Of a stretch of 64,000 nucleotides of DNA, positions 42,278-54,438 are shown one piece after another; positions within the stretch are counted from its first letter, which is position 1; every line of letters starts with the position of its first letter. Origin of the DNA: Cycas panzhihuaensis (Eukaryota; Plantae; Cycadophyta); assembly GCA_023213395.1 (NCBI GenBank), contig CM041465.1:129525741-129589740 (forward strand). Reading direction: 5' to 3'. The notes below the pieces were generated by a model, which worked only from the letters and a program-made list of their open reading frames with translations, was not told where the DNA came from and did no database searches. A program made the position numbers and the translations under genes.

Positions 42278-42798
42278 ATTTAAATGTTACAAACTACAAA
42301 GAAAAACCAACAAAAGCAAGAGCATACCATGGCTTCGAAAACCACAATCAGGAGTCTGGTGGCCCACAGCTCCTCAAGAGATCTACCTTCACTACTTTGC
42401 CCCGGTCTCCTATCCCACTCAGGCGCCTCCAAAAACCTGACTATCCCCAAACAAGGGTAGAAGCCAGCCACTAAACACCACCCTGTGGCCACTGTGAAGC
42501 TCCAAAGAGACCACCGTTCTAAGCTGAAGCAGAGAGGAGGGCGAACTAGTAGTATGCTATGCCATCTCCCACGCCACTTGAGCTCCTTTCCTGGCCATGT
42601 TTCCTTCGAGTAAAGATCTGAAGGGCAAGAACACCCTAACTGCTCCTCGCGCAGGCCCCTAGCTGCCATGCCAAGGCCATCCGGTGGACGCCATCGCGTC
42701 CCAGAGTGCCCCTGGACTACCGCCGCCACGCTATACGCCGAAACCCTAAACCAGTCGACGCAGACGTAGTTCTTCCGTATCGACGCGATTTCTATTTC
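42278..42798 (-). promoter_or_regulatory. GC/CpG-rich L1b 5' UTR (probable internal promoter)
   Basis: Lies between the TSD and ORF1 with high CpG content against an AT-rich background; promoter role inferred from L1 biology. Confidence 0.6.
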
Positions 42799-44029
42799 CC
42801 ATATAACCAAGGGCTTAACTACTAGAGGTTTAGTAGAATTCAAATTACATTTCAATCCAATTTATTCCACATTCAACCTTGCAAATAAAATAATAAAATC
42901 AGGCTTATTTCTATATGGCATCTACATAATCTAAATTAAACTTTAATTCTATTAAATTTTTTAAACCATTCAGAAAAAATAATATTGATGTCAAATATTT
43001 CACCTACACATGGATTATTTCAATGAAAGTAGGGTTTCAGATAATTACTGATCAAACTTTGCAAAAAAGATCAACCTGAGTGATCTCATGCGTCTCTCCA
43101 CGTAGAGCAATAGTGGCTACTCTACGTGAAATTTAAATACAACTCTTATTAATTCACCTCTATTCTAAAATACATTATGGTAGTAAGATCTATTATCCAT
43201 TAATTCTCTCTTTATGTGATTATTCTTTCGCAATCTATATGTTTCTTCCTTTGGTGCTTGATCTAATTTTAGTTGCAGACACTTCTCTCCCTTTCCACAC
43301 CTTGAATCAAGTTTTATGTGCATGCATCATTAATTTCTTCAAAATATCCATACTCAAATCTACCACACAAAATATACCATGGGTTGTATATATTTAATCC
43401 AAGGTAGTAATGAGATGCGGATAGAATCTATCTTTCCCATTAGCTTCCTCAACTCATTTCAAAATTCTAAATGTGTAGATATATATCTCATTAATGGACT
43501 CACTAGAACTCTACAACATAGACCTCATGATGTGAATTCACGAAGTGGCAAAGAGGACCTCACCTTTGCTATAATAGATAACCCTTTCTCGGGTAGTATA
43601 TTTAGTTCTTCTCCACAGATTATGCAAACAAGTGCCTCTTCATCCTAGGGCTATGACTCTATGGCTAAGTTTCTCCATAAACCTGGGCAAAAATTATTTC
43701 AACGGATAATAACAGTACTTCATGTTCATAGTTAGGGTTCCATAACTAATGATCTCCACGGTTGTCATAGTTCTTCTCTACGACTCTTCCTCCAATCTCT
43801 TCATAATAGACACTCTAATATGTGCACCCACTTGTAATGCCCTATGTAAATAAAATACCTAGGTACACTTCAATGAGTCGTAAAAATCAAGGGTAAAAAA
43901 AACTAAAGACAAGGATATCGAGGAATGCTCTAACAATTCACATCTTTATAAATGAACAAAGAAGGGGTACCACACAATAGGATGTGAAGGGACTTTCTTA
44001 CAATTGATTATTGAGGCTGGCCATCTTTC

Positions 44030-46905
44030 TAGAATATTGGAGACAAGAGTGGAGTAGATGAATACAAGTATTCAATCTATATTGAAAAGCAAAATCATTT
44101 CATATTCAATCCATTATAAAGATAGTACATCAACATTTCCTTTGAGATGGTGGTGTTGAAGAACACCAATGTTTTGAGCCCAATGAATAAATATGTGGGA
44201 GGAGGGTCCTACCCTCCTCAACATATAATTCAAAATAATATAAAATAGTAAGCAATGTACATTAAAATACACTTACTATAACTTACCATTAAGGCGTGTG
44301 TGGCTGCATATTCTTAAGGTGATGTTAGGTGATGGATATTAACCCTAACATTCTCCTCCTTAATATTCATCACATGCATCTTCAATTTCTCTTTGAACTT
44401 GTGATACTTGTACTTGAGGAAAACTTTGAAAACATGTCCTTTAGCTTTATCATCATTCCTAAAGTGTTCATCAACTACCTTATCGTCCTTTCAATAATGT
44501 ATGTCTCTTTAACACTATGTGGTTCAAGTAGCTTCCAAGTAGGTGTGGCTTGATTCAAATGAGTAGGGGTGGCTTTGTCTTTGTCTTTTCCATTAATCAG
44601 GTCCAAGGTACACATAACTTCATCAAATGTAACATTGAAATCATTAACTTTATTGAAATCTTCACTAGCACATACAACATTAGTTTTTTCATCAAAATTT
44701 ACCTGCTCTAATATCTGTCTCACATGAAAGACATCATGAATGTAATTAGTAACATTTAATTCCAAAGTATCTCCCCCATAAACCAATTCTAGGGTATCAT
44801 ATACAAATTTGAAAGTAGTTAACTCACTTATGCTATAAAATATATTATCATTTATTACATAAAACATTAGGGCTAAGGCCTCATTATCCTTTTTCATGTC
44901 TTATTTAACACTTGGTTCATAATCATCTTTTACAAAATTCCATAAATTTTTGGAGATAAGAAGTGTTTTCATCAAATTCTTCCAAGATATAAAACTAGTG
45001 CCATTAAACATGGGAATCATCATATCATCCAAATAGGTGGCAATGATAAGAGACTTTAATATATAATCCAAAAGGATGATCTTAAAGAGCAAATAAGAAG
45101 TCTTTTAACCTCAAATAAATAAATGACTTGAAATATATAATAAGTCTATTTTCACAAGAACTTTCAATCATGATTTCAACATAGATTCCTCTTTAATCAA
45201 TGAAGGATAATAACTTAGCAATAAAGAATATATATCCTTTCAAATTAAAAATAACAAATGAATCTGTAATATGCAATAAATCTCCTTTTAAACAAGATAA
45301 ATATTCTTTTGGAATGAAACTAATATTCAATCAATGATCCTTTCAAAAGGTGATGCATATACATATATATATGAATCTTAAAAAAACAAAGCGCCTAACA
45401 ATGAGCTTTTAGTTATGCATTATAATAAACCTTTGAGCTTTCAAATGTAATATCCTTAAATCAACTTGAATATGCTTGAAATATATAAACTTTCAAATAA
45501 ATACCTCTTTGATTAATGAAAAGATAACTTAATTGAAAAAAAAAAAAAACTCTTTGCATAAGAAGCTTACACAAGAATTCAAATAAGTTTTAGGAGGAAT
45601 GTAGTGCTTTTTCTTAAATGATCTAAATGCAACTTAAAAAGCTTTAAAGAGGTAAAAAAATGACTTTAAATAAGCAAAAAATATACCTTAATACAGCTTT
45701 AAAATCAACTTTATAGGCTAGAATATGAAATAACAACTTTATAACATAGTTAGAAGGGATTTGAATGCACTAGTTTATTGCTTTTATATTCAAAGAGACC
45801 CCTCCTCTTAAGGAGGTTGAAATAGAGCTAAATAGCTACAAAATTGAGTTATGAGCCTCTAAAATTAGTAACAAATTATTAACACCTAATTAGTATCTCA
45901 ATAATAAATAAATATGCTGAATTAGAATAAAAGATTGCTTGAAATATTTAAAAAATAAATCAACTTAGGACCAAACAAAAGCCTTAACTTTATCAATTTT
46001 AAAACCCTACAAATTAGTGTTAGATCTTAATCAAACCTATTCCAATGCATAGAAAATAAAAAAATCGTTTTGCCGGATCTAGCCATTCGAAAAATGGGCT
46101 CCTGGACCAAAAGTTATGACTATTTTAAGAACTTTGCTACTAAGATTTTTAAAGACTATAATAGTACTAGGTGGTAAAATACTAATAACTCTTTACTCCT
46201 ACCTTTGATTAGCCTCAAACTACTTCCATTAGAAAGGAAATTTAAAAATGCATATAATAAAAAAAAAATATGATCATTTAGACACTTATAACTAAAGTTA
46301 TGGCTCTTTAAAGTTAAGGTTGTAGAAATGTCCCAAAAATACAGTGACAGAAAAGTAAACTGAAATTAAATCTACTATAATTTGTACAACTTTTCGCCAA
46401 AACCAACACTATGACCACTCAAAATTTGTGGTGTGAGCCTTTTTATCTCAAATTCTCTATTGATTCTTAAAAAATCTTTTGATTTTTCTCTTAATGAGTA
46501 AAACCTCTATATGCCAAAAACCCTTAAAAAAAATAGGCCAAAAAATATATCCATAACTCTTATATGGATCAAAAATGGCTCTAATACCAAATGTAGAACA
46601 TTGGAGACAAGAGCAAAGTAGATGAACGTAAGTACTCAATCCATATTGAAAAGGAAAATCATTTCATATTCAATCCATTATAAAGAGAGTACATCAACAT
46701 TTCCTTTGAGATAGTGGTGTTAAAGAACACTACGGTTTTGAGCCCAATGAATAAATATGTAGGATGAGGGCAGGAACCCTCCTCAACCTATAATTCAAAA
46801 TAATATAAAATAATAAGTAACTTACATTAAAATATACTTACCATTAAGGCACATGCGACTATATATTCTCAAGGTGATGCTAGGTGATGGATATTAATCC
46901 TAATA
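44030..46905 (-). mobile_element. Element I: 2.9-kb gag-only (TR-GAG-like) Copia derivative
   Basis: LTRs 44030-44350 and 46592-46905; PBS complement gctctaatacca at 46578; PPT complement ttctcctccttaat at 44351; leader homologous to those of G and J. Confidence 0.9.
44365..45092 (-). pseudogene. Truncated Copia gag
   Basis: IPMFNGTSFISWKNLMKTLLISKNLWNFV..KKDNEALALM..ISELTT.K.VYDTLELVYGG. Confidence 0.88.
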
Positions 46906-49872
46906 TCTGTAATTGATTATTGAGGGTGGTCAACTTTCCAAACATTATCCAGGGTAGCAACTACCTCTTTATATCCTTCTAGATAATAGTTATCAGGTGT
47001 CTAGCTAGTGCTCCAAGTCCAAGTCTAGCCATGCCCCTTGGTTTTGTCTGAATTCTAAGAAACCTCAACATAAAACGAGCAAGTTTCCTATATACTATAC
47101 CAATCTGATCAAACAACTAGAGAAGGGCTATTATAAAAAGATGAAATACCTAAGTGTTCTAATCCACAAAGAATGTAGCGACACCGTGCAACACCTGAAG
47201 CAGTTTTATAAGTAAGAACATGATGCAGATCTGAGACAACCTTCCTCCTTAGTGGGCACCCACTCCTCACAATTTATGGTGACACTTTATTCTTCTCATA
47301 GTTATTTCTAATAGAATTTAGGCCAGTTATCTCTTTGAACTATAATAGATAGATTTCCTCTCTTTACTTATGGTAGAATTTTAGAGAAATAATTTGATAA
47401 TTAACACTAATTAAATCCTCAATATTTTATAACATAAAGATGTTTTTAGGTACAAAATCTTAATTTTTGATGTATAACCAAGATTCAATAGCCAGCATAT
47501 GTCACTATTAATTTCAATCTCATAAACCAAATCCTTCATAGGGTAAATCCTAATATATAGCTACTTCACATAACAGTGTAAAGGAATGATATTACCTAGT
47601 AATAATTTTCTCTTACATTAGTCATGATCATGGCTGGACATAATTGAATGCTTTAGGGTTCACTCTCTATAAGCAGAATCATAACTGACACTAAGCTTTA
47701 TGAAGCCACCTCCACACACATCAAAAAATAAAGAACCTGCACAAGGATGAGCTTAACAAGCAACCTACTCTAATACCATGTTGATATATGCAATGGAAAT
47801 CATTTAAGATCATTTAATATTCAAGATTAATAGAACAAGGGACATAATATGATAGTATTAATTTATAATGAAAGAGATCACAATGTCTCCACAACTACAA
47901 TACTATCATAATGGAATCCATCTTTACTTAATATAATCTACTCTACCTCAACCACTTATTTATACAACATAAAAGAGAGAGAGTAGTAAGACTTGAGTTA
48001 TATGTGGGACAAATGACCTCCAATACAACTAATGACATATAACCTACTTATTGACCAATAATCTAATGACCACTTACATACACAAGTGTGCATTACATAC
48101 TTAGACACTTACACATTAAACATTATATTCCAACAAGTATATCATTATATAAATTTATTTATACTTAGCAATTATTCTCTTACTATTCACCATATATAAA
48201 TAATTAATGTTTGAGGAAGGTCATGTGAGCCATATTATTTCCTTTTTTATTACTTTATGATAGTTTTTAATATTATATTAATATAATTCTCCATCATAAA
48301 TTTTATATTAATTTATATACTCCTTTACTTAGTTTTGTAGGTATTTTTATCACTTTGCCTTTTAGCTTTTAATGATCTTTTCTTATAACTTTCTATATAT
48401 AGAGAAGAAGAATGTGGTATTTATAAATTATGAAGAAGTTAGCTTTTAGTAAAAATAAGAAAGTCAGTATTTTAGGAGAATAGTCATTACATCTCTAAAT
48501 TAGATTAAGTCAGTATTTTAAAGAGAGAGAATTAGAAGCTAGGTTTTTATAAATATAGAAGCCTTATTTATTTGTAAAATATCTTTGTAGAATTTGATAT
48601 TTTGGATCTAGACTAACGGCCTAGCGCTATTAAGGAATTATTATACCATTTTGGGACGAAACCCTTGCCTTAAAGAAGACAAGATATTGTTATTATTTTA
48701 TCTGATATATATTATTTACTACAGTAAGTTTGATATTAATCTTGTATTATTAAGTGGTATGTTATTATATTTAAATCATTATGGATATCTATTATTATTT
48801 ATGATGAGATGTTATTTTTATAAATTATCTATAATGTAAATGTTATCATTTTTGTCTATAAGTAGTGAGCATTACCATAAGTGGTATTAGAGCTTCATTT
48901 TTTGGTGGATGAAGGCTTTGCATTTTCAAGAGTCTAAACAAAAGAATTTCAAAAAAATAATCACAAATTTAAGTTAACTAGACCTATTTTATAATTTTTT
49001 AGTGGTTATACCATAGGTTTTAGAGTGAAATTATGAAAATTAGAGGGAATATAATTTTAAGCTACTATCCATCGATGTCTTTAGTGCCTAAAATATGCTA
49101 CTGTAATTTTAAATGGTTATAACTTATAGGTGTGTGATTAACCTTTCTTTTTTTTAATCTATACACCTCGATGCTTAATTTATACTGGAAGTGGTTTTAG
49201 ATCCATTAAATATTGGAGTAAAATGTTATTAACATTTTGGTAATAGGCATTATTGTAGTCCCTAAAAACCCTAATTATGATCCCCTATAAAGGGGCTATA
49301 ATAATTACTACATGCATCTAAATGAGTTAATTTTTTTTTTGATTTGGTATGGCTTAAAGCATAGATTGCTCATGAAAAATAAAATTTGAATTTAGAGATG
49401 TATCTCAAAAGTTATTGATATTTTAGTGGAGGGTACTATTGCCCTAAAATTTAAATTTGATATCCAACCTGCAAGGGGCACTATAAGAGCTACAAAGCTC
49501 TAAGACACCTCAAACCAAGCCCATTGTAGATATTTTGAAGTCCTTTCCACTCAAGAGAAGGATTCATTTAATTTAGATTAGTGAAGAAAAAGTTATATCA
49601 TTTTTATTTTATTTTTAAAAGGAGTACCTAAACATTTGCATCCATAACTTTTGTTATAGGAGTCAGGTTCCAATGTTGTTTGAACTATTGGAATCTTAGT
49701 TTAGAGATGATCAATTTAAATGGTTGCATAGTATAGTTTTATTAGTTCTTGATGTAGATTTTAATCCATAAATTTACAGCTTTTTATTGAAAAGAGAAAA
49801 ATTAACAACTTGGTTAGAGTAAAAATCTTTGGTAGAATTAAAGGAGTTGCTAAAGTAGATATAATAAAAGAC

Positions 49873-50560
49873 ATGCTTAATATGAAAATTTTAAAGTATT
49901 CAACCATTTACCATAGGGGAAGGTATAACAACTATAAAACGTCTTTAATATATTTACATATATTGTGGACTCATACTGAATATAAAATCTGAGGATCATG
50001 GATTGAGCATTCAATACCGCTTAAGCGGGGAGTTTGTTGATGGTATGAAGATTAATTTAAAAAATAAAAATCTTCAATAAATTGTATTGGTTTAAAAGAG
50101 ATTTTAGAATAGCATCTATCTAATGGGATCAAGATAAAGAAATGGACCTAACTCAGGATAATGTTATTAATGAGAACACAAAAGAAATTTATTATAAGGA
50201 AGTTGCTAAAGAATCAAAGTAGCTAGATGAAGGGACAATAAAAGAGGAAGAACCAACCAATGATAAAGGGATCTAGAATACAATATAGAAGTGTTAACAA
50301 GAATCAATTCAAGAGCAACAACACAATAAGATTAAAGACATGAAGCAGGGAGAGATTGAGTATCTTGTAGAAGAATCTAACCAAGTATTAGTTGGAGCAT
50401 AGCACTATAATGAACAACTTATATAGGAGCAACATGACAAAGTTGATGAGCAATTGAAAAAGGATCTAATCATAAGACATAGACCTTAAGAAGAGACTAA
50501 GCAAACCATAAAGAAGTTAGGCAAACAAGTGAATTCCACAAGGTACTTGATCTTATTTTG
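49873..50560 (+). pseudogene. Copia gag remnant plus acidic tail related to G/H
   Basis: GRYNNYKTSLIYLHILW (weak gag N-terminus); E/D/Q-rich tail with QQHNKIKDMKQGEIEYLV matching G RHHNKIEDKDQVEYII. Confidence 0.55.
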
Positions 50561-51423
50561 CACATACACATTACACTTGGCAGATTTATTTTTCCTCTTT
50601 CTTTTCTATCTTTAATAGTTGTGAAACGCTTCTCACCATTACCTCATAATTATCAAAACTCCTAAGTCTTCTAACTCCAACATCTTTGTAAGATAAATTT
50701 TAGTCTCTCTTCACAACCCTAACTTATACCATGGTTCACATGTCTCTTTACCCCCTAACCACTTTCCTCGATAGGATGTCCTAAACCTTTCACTCTCTAT
50801 TCATTGTATTTCACATCCTGATTCAAATTTTACTTTTATAAAACCTCATTACATTTGTCCCAATCTTTTACACCTCAATATAGCCTATACTCTTTTTTTT
50901 TATTAACCCCTCTATCTATCCCATACCCCATATTTGAACCTCTATGTAAACCTTCTCCCTATAAAAAGTGTCTATCCTTAATTCCATATCCTAATTATTT
51001 CCATAGTTATCCAACCAAACCCATCTTAAACATACACCTCTTTCAAATCATCTCTCAAACCTCAATGTTCATATGTGGACAAATTAATAGGTGAGTCATC
51101 AAGGTTGATGATATGTGTTATAGGATTTACTCTATTCTTCAATGAACTTGTCACAAGTATTAGGTAAGTTATGAGTCCAATTTTGGACCATTACTAAACC
51201 CATGTATATATAATAATGTACATTAAATTTGTGAGGTAGAAATTCAAAAAGAATAACATTGTGAGGTAGATTAATTCTACTTTTTTTTTATCCTATATTC
51301 TAGTATGTTTAGCTCTCATATCTTTAATCCTATGTTACTTTGATTAACATTGTGGTATTATAGTAGGTATAGTTTAATTTGCACTCATGGTATGTGAGCT
51401 AAACATATAAGAGTGAAATTTTT

Positions 51424-52333
51424 ATGGGTTTTGAAATAATAATTTTACCAATTTTATTGAGAGTTTAAATTATTATACCATGTGGTTTATACATTAATAT
51501 ATGGGTTGTTAGATATTATGTCATAAAATATAATGGTGCAATAAGCTTATTTTAGAAGAGAGTATATTTACCTTATGCAGAGAGTAATCTAACTCTTATA
51601 TTTAAGCAATTAAGAAAGTTATATGTTAAGAAGTGTAATTGATGGGAAACATATTTTCCAAAGTTTTTAGAAGCCTATGAAGCAACTAAAGTTGCTTTCT
51701 CTATATTCACACCAACACCCTTATTGGGTAATCTTGAAGTTAAAAGAGCGCCGATATGATTATACCACTAAGACACATTGGGAAACTTTAGTCTAAAGTC
51801 TTCGCTAATGGCACCATGTACTATGATATCATCTTTTATAGGTTGGTGCCCTAAAATGTAAGTGAAACTAAGGAGATACTCATCAAGGTGCTTAATGCCA
51901 ACCTCTATGTTGAGATTGGGGAAGAGTTTGAGAATAAGCTCTTTAAGATTATAGGTAAATTTCAAGAAGGAAAACCTACTCATATGACAGAGGGTTTATT
52001 AATGACTTTGGAAGGGCCTTGCTAACCTACCCATAATATATTGTCTATCTTTACTAGATTTATGAGGCGCGATAAGTATGAAGAAAGCTTCAATGTTTTA
52101 TCTATGGGCTTAAATAGTTGGAAAGGGGTTTATCCCTTTATTTCATACATTGGGTAAGGGAGTGAAATCTATCAAGTGATAACCATGTAACGCACTTAAA
52201 GGAAGGGCATGTCAAGGAAGGAAGCACACAAAGATAATGGGCAACATTATTAGACCTCTTAATAAAGGAGATTGAAGAGAAGAACAATGCTAGTGACGTT
52301 TAGAATGATGAGGATATGCATTATAACTATTAA
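51424..52333 (+). pseudogene. Decayed ORF of unknown family between the PBS and gag of element K
   Basis: Segments 51424-51759 (3 internal stops in 112 codons) and 51744-52190 (4 in ~148), then a third frame to 52333; stop density well below AT-rich expectation; no gag/pol motifs. Confidence 0.6.
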
Positions 52334-53545
52334 ACTAGAGTGATGCCCATATAAACTATTATGAAAGACAATAGTGTTAATGTGGTAGTTAATTATTAAG
52401 CCACTTTAGTTAATGTTAATGTGGTTTAATTAAGTGAAAAGGTGCGAAGCCAAAAAGGTGCATCTTATGTGGAGGGTCACTACTCTAATCAAGTGACACC
52501 TCTTAGGAGAGAATAAATGCCTTGAGGCCTTGTGTATTCAACATCTAAGAATCATTGTATCAATCTATTATGAAATAATCAATATGATCCATCAAGGATC
52601 CTTTTGTGGTGGATTTTTTCCTGAAAGGGTTTTCCCACGTAAATCATGTGTACTGTGTATCTATTTTCTATGTGTATATTTATTTACTTGTTGTGTATGG
52701 TAAAAGATTCTATAGTTGGAAATATTCATGTTCCCAAACATGGTATCAGAGTCGTAGGGTCCTACATAGTTGAAGGCTAACGATGAGTAGAGCAGTATGA
52801 TCGTTGGTTACTAAGTGAAGTTGTTAAATCCAAGACTTATCCTGAGGGTCCATCACCTCTAGCAATGTGTAGAAGTAGGGACAACGTTTGGTGGTTGAAG
52901 TAGTGAAATTCACTATTTAATGAAGCATAAGGGTTATTAGAGTCAAATTCGAGCGTGAAGACCACAATCGTAGTTGGAGTTGGCTTGTTAGGGGCCATCC
53001 AAAGTTGGTTGAAGATCTGTTACAAAGATTGATGCCTGTAGAGCATACACTGATGGTAATTCATCGATTATAAGGACATCCATCCATATACACAAGTAAG
53101 TCGATCATTTTTTTCACCCAAAATACTATAAAATTAAAAAAAAAAGTAAGTTTTTTTTTTTCTGGTGTCACATTTATTCAGTCTATATAAGGAAGAGATT
53201 GGAGCCTTCATGAGTCATTTTTAGCCCTCTATACTGAGATTAAATGGAGTACATAGTAGTATAAAGCATTGTCCACTATATTTTTGAGTTCTAGTGCTTT
53301 TGTAAATGGGAGTATGACCTCTTATCTCCATTGAATACACCTTGTTGAGCCTGAATCTGTGTGTTGAGAGATAACTGGGCTATTTGTATGCTATTTTGGA
53401 GACTTGCATGCTTTAAGTAAGCACTATACATCTGTTTTGAGGCTGTCTGAGTGTTTTGCATGGTGGCTGGGCGTAATTTCTCTTGGCTAAGTGCATTTGT
53501 AAGGTGGTTGGGCACTATTTTTCTTGGCTGAATGTATTTTCTCAT

Positions 53546-53797
53546 GGCTAGACGTTTTAAGGGATTGTTAGACTGTGTAAATGATATTTTCAGTCATATA
53601 GGTATGTGTGGACCTATTCCTATAGTGGCTGGACATTTTTTTGGGACTATTGAGCCGTGTAGAGGCTATTTTCAATCGTATAAGTGTGTGTAGACTTATT
53701 CCTATGGTGGCTAGATATCTTTGAGGGACTATTAGACAATGTAGAGGATGTTTACAGCCATAAAGGGGTGTGTAGGCATGTTCCCAAGGTGGCTAGT
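53546..53797. repeat. ~81-bp tandem repeat (3 copies) in the leader of M
   Basis: Units start tggct(a/g)ga at 53546, 53626, 53708 and 53790. Confidence 0.75.
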
Positions 53798-54438
53798 CAG
53801 CGTGATACTTGGAGGAGTTACGGCAGTCACGCCCCTTATCACACCCTTTGTGACAGTTTTGGTTGCGTCCTTTGGAAATATTTACTAAGGTTAACACTTA
53901 GTAAATATTCTATAACTTGTATCTTTTATTTGAAGTACGTAGGTGTTAGTTAAAAGGTATGGGTGCATTGGAAAGTTGTTTTAGTTAGGAATATGCCTTT
54001 TGACATATTCACCTTAACTTAAAAATATAAAAGAGCCCTTTATACCATTGGTTCAACATAATTTTACATAGTGTGAAGTACTTTGAAGTCGTTTAAGACC
54101 CTTGGTGAGCTATTTTCAACGTGAATCGAGGCCATTTATTGTGTTTAATGACTTGAAGACTGTGTATTATAGTCATCTAGAGCTGTCCTTTGTTCTTGGA
54201 ATATCATTTTAAGTGCCTTAACGGTCATTTTTGACACCTTTTTAGGGTATTTAAAGGTCGTTTGTTGATGGTTGATGAGGCATAAATAGTCGATGGCTCA
54301 CTTAATATGGGTATAATTGGTATTAGGTGCCCTTAGAAGCATGCTCGTGAGCCAAAGAAGGATATAGGGATGCAATTTTATCCTGCAGACATTCTTTTTT
54401 TTTTGTCAATTATTTCATATGGAAGCCCATTTCTTGAG

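Larger units (their letters stand above)
36531..42798 (-). mobile_element. L1b: young full-length L1-clade LINE (6.27 kb)
   Basis: Perfect 18-bp TSD ccatataaccaagggctt (36513-36530 and 42799-42816); poly(A) tail; CpG-rich 5' UTR; ORF1 and ORF2. Confidence 0.97.
34574..48135 (-). mobile_element. Element H: gag-only Copia derivative (~4.4 kb net), host of L1b and I
   Basis: LTRs 34574-34935 and 47779-48135 are highly similar; perfect TSD AGTAT; PBS complement ctctaatacca at 47768; PPT complement cctctccataat at 34936. Confidence 0.92.

Noticed and set aside
37057-42474. Multiple plus-strand ORFs of 60-142 aa over L1b
   Set aside because: Antisense shadows of ORF1, ORF2 and the UTR.
42280-42855. 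191-aa minus-strand ORF upstream of L1b ORF1
   Set aside because: Begins outside the element (crosses the TSD) and runs through a GC-rich UTR where stops are rare; no motifs.
43099-43129. 9-bp inverted repeat cacgtagag/ctctacgtg (also a short hairpin at 34431-34451)
   Set aside because: Single occurrences with no second copy or flanking TSD; insufficient support.
51642-51743. MGNIFSK N-myristoylation-like start for the K accessory ORF
   Set aside because: That frame has five stops in the next ~35 codons, while the overlapping frame (WETYFPKF...) is open; probably coincidental.
53546-53797. Periodic repeats (also 3755-3843, 15109-15216, 22109-22250) considered as CRISPR-like arrays
   Set aside because: Degenerate head-to-tail tandem repeats without unique spacers, in eukaryotic TE leaders, with no cas genes.
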